From Alphaproteobacteria bacterium (GTDB lineage: Bacteria; Pseudomonadota; Alphaproteobacteria; Micavibrionales; CSBR16-224): 30,369 nucleotides of DNA. Under the pieces are notes generated by a model that made no database searches, was not told where the DNA came from, and was given only the letters and a program-made list of their open reading frames with translations. Each line of letters starts with the position of its first letter. The stretch's first letter is position 1. The DNA is taken from the NCBI GenBank assembly GCA_007116755.1, contig SKHU01000053.1, forward strand, positions 1 to 30,369, in the 5' to 3' direction. Both the position numbers and the translations under genes were made by a program. Below, one piece after another: positions 7,420 through 16,501 of this stretch.

Positions 7420-9039
7420 ATGAGTATATTCGGATCGCTGTTTACCGCAGTTTCAGGGCTGGCCTCACAAAGTCAGTCTATTTCCATGATCTCGAATAAT
7501 ATTGCCAATGTCAGCACGGTCGGCTTTAAGCGCACGGATGCGGCGTTTTCAAGTCTTGTCACAACGGCCAATAATTCGACGGCATTTACGCCGGGCTCCG
7601 TCCGCGCCGTCCAGAAAGGTCGCGTCGATCAGCAGGGGATTTTGCAACAAAGCAATTCCGCAACAGATGTTGCGATTTCCGGCAACGGCTTTTTTGTCGT
7701 GCGCAACGATCTTGGCGTGAACGGCGAAACGCTGTTCACCCGCGCGGGCTCTTTTGCGGAGGATCAGAACGGCATTCTGCGCAACAGTGCGGGGTTCTTC
7801 CTGATGGGCTGGCCTCTGGATCAGGACGGAAACCTTCCGGGGGCACAGGCGGATATCTCCTCGCTTGTTCCGGTCAATCTCGACACACTCAGCAGTCTGG
7901 CGCAGCCGACAACACGCGGTGGGCTGGGATTGAACCTGAACGCAAACCAGACACAGACAGACTACCTCACCATGGCGGGAGCACAGCCCGACTTCACACG
8001 CAATCTGCGCGTGTTTGACAGCCTCGGCTCGGCACAGGATCTGACGATCAATTTTGTCAAACATACCTCGCCGACAGCCACTGTCACCAGCACGGTTGAT
8101 ATTACAGAGGCCGCCCTTGTCGCAGGAGACCAGTTCACAATTGATGTCGGCGGAACCGGTGGCGTGACAATTACACTGGACGGCACGCTCGGCGGGTTGT
8201 TGAACGATCTGAACGCCATTGTTGATGGCGCGGGTGAGCCGCTTGTCTTTGCAAATACCAATGCAAACGGACAACTGCAAATCAAAGCCCGCAATCTTGG
8301 TCATGATATTACGCTGACCGACCAGCCTCCGGGCAACCCTCTGACCAGCTATATGGGACTGGGAACGGCTATCGGTACAACCGCAGCCCCCGCAGCCCCC
8401 GATATGCTGGCAGCCCTTGATACGACACCGAATACGGAAGGCTGGTGGCAGATGGAGATCGTCTCGCCGACCGGTGTCGTACTGGAAAGCGGATCGCTTA
8501 ATTTTACCGGAACAGGACAACTCAACACGGCCCCTGATGCGGATGGAAATGTTCTGCTCAATCTTGCAAATATTGATTTCGGCAACGGCTCTGCCCTGCA
8601 GGATATTGACCTGAATATTGCCGGTTTCACACAATTTTCCAGCCCGTTCAATGTCGTGTTCACCCAGCAGAACGGTGCGGAGCTTGGTATGCGGAACGGG
8701 GTCAGCATAGATGACAACGGTGTCGTTTCCGCACAGTTCAGCAACGGGCAAAGCCGCGCAATCTACAAACTGCCGCTGGCCACCTTCCCCAATCCGAACG
8801 GTCTGGATGCCGTGACGGGCACCGCGTACCGTGAATCCGACACATCCGGCGGATTTAATTTGCGCGAAGCCAATCAAAGCGGCGCGGGAATGGTCGAAGC
8901 CGGTGCGCTGGAAGGGTCAAATGTTGATATCGCGGAAGAGTTTTCCAAGATGATCGTGACGCAGCGCGCTTATTCCGCCAATACGAAAGTCATTACAACA
9001 ACAGACGAGATGACAGCGGAACTGCTGCGTCTCCGGTAA
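7420..9039 (+). CDS. flgE: Flagellar hook protein FlgE (539 aa, with extra inserted domain)
   Basis: AVSGL...ISNNIANVSTVGFK, VAISGNGFFVV, TRAGSF, VFDSLG, LEGSNVDIAEEFSKMIVTQRAYSAN. GAAGGAG RBS. Confidence 0.97.
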   Translation: MSIFGSLFTAVSGLASQSQSISMISNNIANVSTVGFKRTDAAFSSLVTTANNSTAFTPGSVRAVQKGRVDQQGILQQSNSATDVAISGNGFFVVRNDLGVNGETLFTRAGSFAEDQNGILRNSAGFFLMGWPLDQDGNLPGAQADISSLVPVNLDTLSSLAQPTTRGGLGLNLNANQTQTDYLTMAGAQPDFTRNLRVFDSLGSAQDLTINFVKHTSPTATVTSTVDITEAALVAGDQFTIDVGGTGGVTITLDGTLGGLLNDLNAIVDGAGEPLVFANTNANGQLQIKARNLGHDITLTDQPPGNPLTSYMGLGTAIGTTAAPAAPDMLAALDTTPNTEGWWQMEIVSPTGVVLESGSLNFTGTGQLNTAPDADGNVLLNLANIDFGNGSALQDIDLNIAGFTQFSSPFNVVFTQQNGAELGMRNGVSIDDNGVVSAQFSNGQSRAIYKLPLATFPNPNGLDAVTGTAYRESDTSGGFNLREANQSGAGMVEAGALEGSNVDIAEEFSKMIVTQRAYSANTKVITTTDEMTAELLRLR

Positions 9040-9102
9040 TCAATAGAGACAACACTTGAAAGGCCGCCGGAAAAGACGGCAACCTACCAAACAGCAAGAA
9101 AG

Positions 9103-9150
9103 AAAAGCGCCCCGTTTCAAGAAAGAAAGGGGGCGCTTTTTATTGTTTTT
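9103..9150. terminator. Bidirectional intrinsic terminator between convergent flgE and rne
   Basis: AAAAGCGCCCC (9103-9113) ... GGGGCGCTTTT (9130-9140), with T-rich tail on + and A-rich flank giving a T tail on -. Confidence 0.8.
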
Positions 9151-9164
9151 TTACAGGCCGGAGG

Positions 9165-11570
9165 CTATTCCTTCAATTTCTGCCACCAGCCTTTTTTCTT
9201 TTTTTCAGGTGGCGTTTCATTTTGCTGCTTCACATCGGCAGCGTTTTCCGCCTGCGTTTCGGATTTTTCTATTGCAACGACTTTATTATCCGCCGCCTTG
9301 TCATCCTTCGGCTTTTCTGTGGCGCTTTCAGCCTTTTCAGATTTTTCAGGCTTTGATGCGGCATCGTCTTCCTTTTTGCTTCCAGTCTTTTTCGTATCGG
9401 CCTTGCTGTCAACTTTCTTTTTGCGCGGCGCACGTTTTTTTGCCGGAGCTTTTTCTTTTGTTTCCGCTTTTTTGTCCTCCGTTTTATCTTTGTCGGCAGG
9501 CGGCTCGGTTTTCTGAGCTTCCTGCTGCGGTGCGGCTTCCTTGATTTCTATATCTTTCTTATCGGAGTTATCGGGCTTATCGGAAACAGCCGCATCTTCG
9601 CGTTTCTCATTGCCCGTTTCGCGGTTTTCTTCCCGTCCGTGTTCAGGGTTCCGGTCTTTGCGCCTGCGGCGTCCGCCGCGACTGCGTCCGGAACGCCCGC
9701 CGCGCTTACGGTTTCGTCCGCCTTCATTATTGCTGTCATCATCGCTGCCGCTCTCTTCAGACCGGTTGCGATTCTGGTTGCCGCTATCCGACGAAGCCGG
9801 CAGCGGGATTTCATGCTGCGGCGGCTGAACAGCCAGACGCTTGCCGGCTGCCGTAATAACCTCCAATGCAAAATTCTGATTGGTTCCGGTTTTATCGACT
9901 TCCAGCTCGATTTTTACATCATACAGCCCTTCAAGCTCGTGCAGACGGCGACGCTTTTTGTTCAAAAGATATAAAGCCACATCTGCGGAAACGGTTACGA
10001 TGAGATCCTTCGGCTTGCCGCGCATCAACTCTTCCTCGATATGCCGCAGCACCATCACGGAAGAACTTTCCACTGTCCGCACTACACCGCTGCCCGAGCA
10101 ATGCTCGCACGTCATGAAATTGCTTTCCACCAAAGACGGGCGCAAACGCTGACGTGATAATTCCAGCAATCCGAAAACCGAAATACGGCTGATCTGGATA
10201 CGGGCACGGTCACCCTGCATGGCTTCTTTCAATTTTCTTTCCACAAGGCGGTTGTTGCGGTTCTCTTCCATATCGATAAAATCGATAACGATCAAGCCGC
10301 CCAGATCGCGCAGGCGCAATTGCCGGGCTATCTCTTCTGCGGCTTCAAGATTGGTTTTCAGCGCAGTTTCCTCGATATGGCGGCCTTTTGTTGCCTTGCC
10401 CGAGTTGATATCAATCGCCACCAGAGCCTCGGTCGGGTTGATGACGAGATAGCCGCCCGATCTCAGACTGACTGTTGTGGAATAGGTTTCGTCAATCTGG
10501 TGTTCGACATGATAACGCGCAAAAATCGGTGTGTCGCCCTTGTCCAGCTTGACGCGGCGCGCGTGGCTGGGAATCAGGGATTTCATCAGTTTTTTTGCGG
10601 TTTCGTAGCCTTCCTCTCCGGCAACCAGAACTTCGTCAATTTCGCGCCGGTAAAGATCGCGGATTGCGCGTTTGATCAGGTTGCCTTCCTCGTGGACAAG
10701 CGCGGGAGCTGTAGATTGCAGCGTCAATTCGCGGATATCGTTCCACAATTGCAGCAGATAATCGAGATCGCGCTTGATCTCGGCCTTGCTACGCGAGACA
10801 CCGGCAGTTCTTAAAATCACCGACATCCCCTCGGGAATATTGATTTCGGACAGGATCTTTTTCAGTTTTTTTCTGTCTTTCATATTCGTTACTTTACGGC
10901 TGACGCCGCCGCCGCGTGACGAGTTCGGCATCAGAACGCAATACCGTCCCGGCAAAGAAATATAGGAAGTGACGGCCGCGCCTTTATTGCCGCGTTCCTC
11001 TTTGCTGATCTGTATCAGCATCACCTGACCGCGTTTGATGACTTCCTGAATTTTATAACGGCGCTTGATATTGGTTTTCAGTTGCGAGGGGCGGACATCC
11101 TCCTCGACATCATCACTGATCCCGCCAACCACCTGAACACCTTTGCCGTTTTCATCTTCCGAACCGGAAGTGTCATCGCCATCGCGCTTGTTCTTGCCGG
11201 TTTTGCGGTTCTGGCGGCGTTCTTTTTCCTCCGCCTCCGCATCTGCGCGCGCGTCGGCTTCTGCGGCTTCTTCTTTTGTCAAGCGCCGCTCTTCCTCAAT
11301 CAGCGCCTGCCGGTCTTCAATCGGAATGCGGTAATAATCGGGATGAATCTCGGGAAACGGCAGAAATCCGTGGCGGTTGCCGCCGAAATCAACGAAAGCC
11401 GCCTGCAAAGACGGTTCCACACGGGTTACTTTTACAAGATAGATATTGCCCTTCAGCTGTTTGCGTGAAGCGCTTTCATAGTCGAATTCTTCCAAACGGT
11501 TACGATCGGAAACAACAGCGACCCGTGTTTCTTCCTTATGGGTCGCATCAATCAACATGCGTTGTGTCAT
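9165..11570 (-). CDS. rne: Ribonuclease E (Rne/Rng family)
   Basis: MLIDATHKEETRVAVV, GNIYLVKVTRVEPSLQAAFVDFGGNRHGFLPF, AIDINSG, QLRLRDLGGLIVIDFIDM, Zn-link CEHCSGSG. Charged disordered C-terminal region ending in KGWWQKL. Confidence 0.97.
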   Translation of the reverse strand: MTQRMLIDATHKEETRVAVVSDRNRLEEFDYESASRKQLKGNIYLVKVTRVEPSLQAAFVDFGGNRHGFLPFPEIHPDYYRIPIEDRQALIEEERRLTKEEAAEADARADAEAEEKERRQNRKTGKNKRDGDDTSGSEDENGKGVQVVGGISDDVEEDVRPSQLKTNIKRRYKIQEVIKRGQVMLIQISKEERGNKGAAVTSYISLPGRYCVLMPNSSRGGGVSRKVTNMKDRKKLKKILSEINIPEGMSVILRTAGVSRSKAEIKRDLDYLLQLWNDIRELTLQSTAPALVHEEGNLIKRAIRDLYRREIDEVLVAGEEGYETAKKLMKSLIPSHARRVKLDKGDTPIFARYHVEHQIDETYSTTVSLRSGGYLVINPTEALVAIDINSGKATKGRHIEETALKTNLEAAEEIARQLRLRDLGGLIVIDFIDMEENRNNRLVERKLKEAMQGDRARIQISRISVFGLLELSRQRLRPSLVESNFMTCEHCSGSGVVRTVESSSVMVLRHIEEELMRGKPKDLIVTVSADVALYLLNKKRRRLHELEGLYDVKIELEVDKTGTNQNFALEVITAAGKRLAVQPPQHEIPLPASSDSGNQNRNRSEESGSDDDSNNEGGRNRKRGGRSGRSRGGRRRRKDRNPEHGREENRETGNEKREDAAVSDKPDNSDKKDIEIKEAAPQQEAQKTEPPADKDKTEDKKAETKEKAPAKKRAPRKKKVDSKADTKKTGSKKEDDAASKPEKSEKAESATEKPKDDKAADNKVVAIEKSETQAENAADVKQQNETPPEKKKKGWWQKLKE

Positions 11571-12060
11571 GGCCTAATCCTTATTAGCAAAACATCCGCG
11601 GGAGGAGTGACTCCATCACGGTGTCGGATACTCTTTGCGAAAGCTGTGCTTTCCTTAAATCAAAGAGTGTCCTTAGTTTTTACATTTTCAGGCCTGACAA
11701 AAAGTTACCGGATACGCCGGATGACAATCCGGCGCATATTGCTGATAAAGACAATCTCTCCACACGGCCGCCTTCAGAGCAGCCTGCATGTCCTGCATGA
11801 TCGTGGTAAGAGAAAATCATAATGTTCTTTTCCGCAAAATTCCTAAAACTTTCCGGGCGGGAAAACTGCTTTGCTCCGCTGCTTTAAGCGGTATGCGGCC
11901 TCCCGCCGGCCTGAAACCCTTTAATTTGCCGTTCTGTATACGATTAAAACAGACGGCCGTTCCTTCATATGCGCGCCTTCGGCAAAGACGGAGCCTCCGA
12001 AACGGAAAGCAGCTTTTGCAACCGTTTCCGGAGCGCTGTGCCAAAAAGCCGCGCAGTTAA
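11571..12060 (-). promoter_or_regulatory. Long, highly structured putative 5' leader of rne
   Basis: At least four inverted repeats by eye: 11626-11672, 11715-11734, 11928-11957, 11996-12032. No credible ORF. The transcription start is not located. Confidence 0.55.
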
Positions 12061-12093
12061 AAAACTCCATTGCACGGTACATGATTTACGGCT

Positions 12094-12121
12094 TTGATAC
12101 AATCAAAATCTTCTCTATAAT
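12094..12121 (+). promoter_or_regulatory. Putative sigma70 promoter of amiC
   Basis: TTGATA (12094-99), 16-nt spacer, TATAAT (12116-21). ATG lies 6 nt after the -10 element. Confidence 0.6.
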
Positions 12122-12127
12122 AAAGAA

Positions 12128-13438
12128 ATGTACAGGTTCCGCCGATACACTCTCCCGTTCCTGATCTTTGTTGTTTTTGCGCTGTTGCCGCAAAGCGCCT
12201 TTGCCGTATCCGTTCATGAAATCCGGCTTGGACAGCCTCAGCCCGATACATACCGCATCGTCGTTGAAACGGGTGCGGAAACCGATTTTTCGGCCTTCCT
12301 TCTTGATACGCCGCGGCGTCTTGTTCTAGATATTCCAAACGGGAGCTGGAAGGCCGCCGAATATACGGGAACAGGAAAGACGCCGATCGTCAATTACCGT
12401 TTCGGCACACCGGAAGACGGCACGGGACGGATTGTCTTTGATCTGCAATCCCCCGTCAGAATAGAAACGGCTTTTCTGCTGCCGAAAGCGCAATTCGGAC
12501 TGCCGGACAGAATCGTGATTGATCTGCAGAAAACCGATAATGCAGGATTTGCAGCAGAGCTTGAAACATTATGGCTGCGCCGCGCCGATACAGGCGACCG
12601 CGCAACAACCGTTCCGCGTATCGAGGCTGCGCTGACTGTCACCCTGCCTGTGCCGCAAGATCAAGACAGAGCCGTGCCGGATACGCGAGAGGCCGAGGCC
12701 GTCACGGTTGCTGTCCCCCTGCCCGCACGCAAACCCGTGATCAATCGCTATACGATTGTGATCGATCCCGGGCACGGCGGACGCGATCCGGGCGCGGTCA
12801 ACGGCAATATTTACGAAAAAAATATTACGCTGGCGCTAGCGCGGGAAATAAAAAAACAATTGGAGGCCACAGGACGCTACACAGTTACCTTGACACGGGA
12901 CAGGGATGTTTTTGTTGCCTTGCGTGAACGCGTGGCCATTGCAAGAAAAGCCGGCGCCGATTTGTTCATTTCCCTGCACGCCGATAAAATTGCGCGTACG
13001 GATGTGCGCGGCAGTTCGGTCTATACGCTCTCCCGCGAGGCATCGGATAAAGAAACGGCCAACCTTGCGGAAAACGCCAACCGTTCGGATATCATTGCCG
13101 GAATTGATTTGTCGGATCAGGATGAGGATGTCGCCAATATTCTGATTGATCTGGCGATGAGCAGCACGATGAATTATTCCAACGCTTTTGCCAATACGCT
13201 TGTCGAAACCTTTCGCAAGAATAATATGCGCCTGGTCGGCCGGCCGCACCGATCGGCAGGTTTTGCCGTTCTGACGGCGGCAGACACACCCTCCGTCCTT
13301 CTGGAGGCCGGATTTCTTAGTAATCGCGAGGAGGCCGTTTTGCTGAATTCTCCCGCACATCAGCGCCGCCTTGCCGGCGTCGTCCGCCAAAGTATCGATG
13401 CGTATTTCAATAAAGTCGAGGCGGCCGCCCTGCATTAA
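12128..13438 (+). CDS. amiC: N-acetylmuramoyl-L-alanine amidase (AMIN + Amidase_3)
   Basis: Signal peptide (…PQSAFA), AMIN-like RLVLDIP/RIVFDL/RIVIDL repeats, IVIDPGHGGRDPGA, FISLHAD, PSVLLEAGFLSN. Divergent from rne as is usual in Alphaproteobacteria. Confidence 0.93.
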   Translation: MYRFRRYTLPFLIFVVFALLPQSAFAVSVHEIRLGQPQPDTYRIVVETGAETDFSAFLLDTPRRLVLDIPNGSWKAAEYTGTGKTPIVNYRFGTPEDGTGRIVFDLQSPVRIETAFLLPKAQFGLPDRIVIDLQKTDNAGFAAELETLWLRRADTGDRATTVPRIEAALTVTLPVPQDQDRAVPDTREAEAVTVAVPLPARKPVINRYTIVIDPGHGGRDPGAVNGNIYEKNITLALAREIKKQLEATGRYTVTLTRDRDVFVALRERVAIARKAGADLFISLHADKIARTDVRGSSVYTLSREASDKETANLAENANRSDIIAGIDLSDQDEDVANILIDLAMSSTMNYSNAFANTLVETFRKNNMRLVGRPHRSAGFAVLTAADTPSVLLEAGFLSNREEAVLLNSPAHQRRLAGVVRQSIDAYFNKVEAAALH

Positions 13439-13451
13439 AATTCAATAAAAT

Positions 13452-14219
13452 TTAATAACGCCCTGTGATGCCGCGCAGATAAAGCCTGATACCGCTGAAA
13501 GGCACGGGCTGCAAGAGCCGCGCATCCCGCAAATCATAATTCACCGCGGCAATACGCTGCAAATTCTGCGCTGCCAGAGACAGGGAAAGCCATAGCGGCC
13601 GGCCGCTTTGCGGCGGCGCATTTTTTCGCCATTTTCTTCGCTGTTCCGTAATTTTTTCCCGTATTTGCTCCGCGCATGTCTTGACGGCCTGCCTGTCAGT
13701 CCAGAAGCTTTGCGGGACAAGCGGCTCTTTCTTTGCGGCGATGCGGCGCGGCACGGCAAGCAGAGCCTCCGTTCTGCCGCAGATTTCAGCTTGCTCCGAT
13801 ACGGGGGAGACTTTCAGAACAGCGGCCGCCAGCGCTTCTTCATATTTACAGCGCATCACGGTTGCGGCAATCCCCTCTTCCGCCGTTTCCGCCAGCAGCA
13901 TTTTCTGCATCGCTTCGATATAGTTTTGCGCATTCTCCTGCCCGTTTTCAGGCAGGTGCAGCGCGAATTCTTCCAGAACCGGATGTCCCGCCGGAGGTGT
14001 GCCGTTATAACAATCTGCAATACGGTCATACCACCATTTCAGACGTATCTGTAACGCCGAGGCATCTTCGGCATTTTCAAAAATGCGGTTGATTTCATCC
14101 AGCACCGCGTAAAGCGTGAAAAGCGTTTCGCGCTTTTCCGGCGAAGCAAAAAGGCAGAGAGTAAAACGCGGGGGATTACGGTCATGCAACAGACCGGCGC
14201 AATAAGACTGATCCGGCAT
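13452..14219 (-). CDS. Squalene/phytoene synthase-like protein (NDUFAF6-like, probably non-catalytic)
   Basis: FTLCLFASPEKRETLFTLYAVLDEINRI...LQIRLKWWYDRI...GHPVL resembles this family's N-terminal half; Asp-rich catalytic motifs are not evident. Confidence 0.7.
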   Translation of the reverse strand: MPDQSYCAGLLHDRNPPRFTLCLFASPEKRETLFTLYAVLDEINRIFENAEDASALQIRLKWWYDRIADCYNGTPPAGHPVLEEFALHLPENGQENAQNYIEAMQKMLLAETAEEGIAATVMRCKYEEALAAAVLKVSPVSEQAEICGRTEALLAVPRRIAAKKEPLVPQSFWTDRQAVKTCAEQIREKITEQRRKWRKNAPPQSGRPLWLSLSLAAQNLQRIAAVNYDLRDARLLQPVPFSGIRLYLRGITGRY

Positions 14220-14227
14220 AAAAGGTT

Positions 14228-14944
14228 TTACCGCCTGACGGAGGTTCCCAGCCCCGGATGCGGGATAACCTTATAGGGAGGATCTCCGAGGAAATCGCGG
14301 TAATAGCCCGTCGGGAACATCGTATAACGCTCATGCAGCGTCATAGAGGCCATGATACTGCCGAACAATTCCCCCCAGCGGTGGAATTTGTCCAGTCGCG
14401 AGGCGCAGGTCATGTCATAGCGCGTATCACCATAGACGCTGGTCAGAGTGACGCTGCGCATGCGAATCACATCGCCCTCAACACCGGAGCCTTCGGCTGA
14501 CGGCGTTCTTTCCGCAACATTCCAGTCATAGAGAATTTGGGCCATAGCCGCGTCCCCCTTATCCAGACCTGCCGGAAGCCGGACACGGAGAATTTGGGGA
14601 TTATCATAGCGGCGCGCGGCCTCTTTCTGCCAGAATCCGGCATCAAAATTTTCAGCCATCACCGTATGCATATGGCGTTTGGGATAAATCTGAAAGCGCC
14701 CGTCACGCTGCGTGGCAACCTCGCAGAACGCATGGTCTCCCGGAACAGGGCTGACAAAACGCACACGCGTATTGGGCAGATTCGGTACGCCGAGCGTCCA
14801 TGTATCGGGAACGGAGAATCTGAATTTGTAATCCGGATCGGTATAAATCAGCACATCCGCATGCGCGGCTTGCGGTGCGGCGGCCATCAGGCACAAACCC
14901 ACACCTATCATACTGAAGAAACGGGAAAATTTTATTCTGGCCAT
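14228..14944 (-). CDS. Hypothetical exported protein
   Basis: Sec signal peptide ending AAHA|D. YTDPDYKFRFSVPDTW start is reminiscent of PsbP/DcrB-like folds (tentative). Two Cys in the mature part. 8 nt from the next gene. Confidence 0.75.
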   Translation of the reverse strand: MARIKFSRFFSMIGVGLCLMAAAPQAAHADVLIYTDPDYKFRFSVPDTWTLGVPNLPNTRVRFVSPVPGDHAFCEVATQRDGRFQIYPKRHMHTVMAENFDAGFWQKEAARRYDNPQILRVRLPAGLDKGDAAMAQILYDWNVAERTPSAEGSGVEGDVIRMRSVTLTSVYGDTRYDMTCASRLDKFHRWGELFGSIMASMTLHERYTMFPTGYYRDFLGDPPYKVIPHPGLGTSVRR

Positions 14945-15141
14945 TGGGATTTTGCTCCTCCGTCTTTTTCGGTCACATGTGATTTCTCACTGCACCTTAC
15001 CATTTAGCCAGAATAACACCAAAAGTGCAAATAAATGCTTAAGCTTTTTTCTTCTTTTTCCGCCATTACCGCAAAATTAAACTTGTTTCCCCTCCCCGTC
15101 AGGAGATAAATTATTGCATATCGTTGATTCAAAAAACATAG

Positions 15142-16431
<1,290 letters not shown>

Positions 16432-16501
16432 CCTATCGCGCAGGGTGTAACCTTTTTGCACGACCATGTCGAACGACCCAACCTTCAGCGCCCTATGCGC
16501 A

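Noticed and set aside
5478-8877. Long antisense ORFs of 369 aa (5478-6587) and 442 aa (7549-8877)
   Set aside because: Shadows of fliK and flgE, expected with GC-rich codon usage; no motifs or RBS support.
12030-12050. TTGGCAC on the minus strand upstream of rne as a sigma54 promoter
   Set aside because: There is no TTGC at the -12 position (reads TGGCAC-AGCGC-TCCG).
16432-16501. Imperfect inverted repeat GCGCAGGGTG…CGCCCTATGCGC between eno and the LRR gene as an att site or MITE
   Set aside because: No matching copy was seen at the other end of the accessory block and no integrase or transposase is present. It is most simply a weak terminator-like stem.
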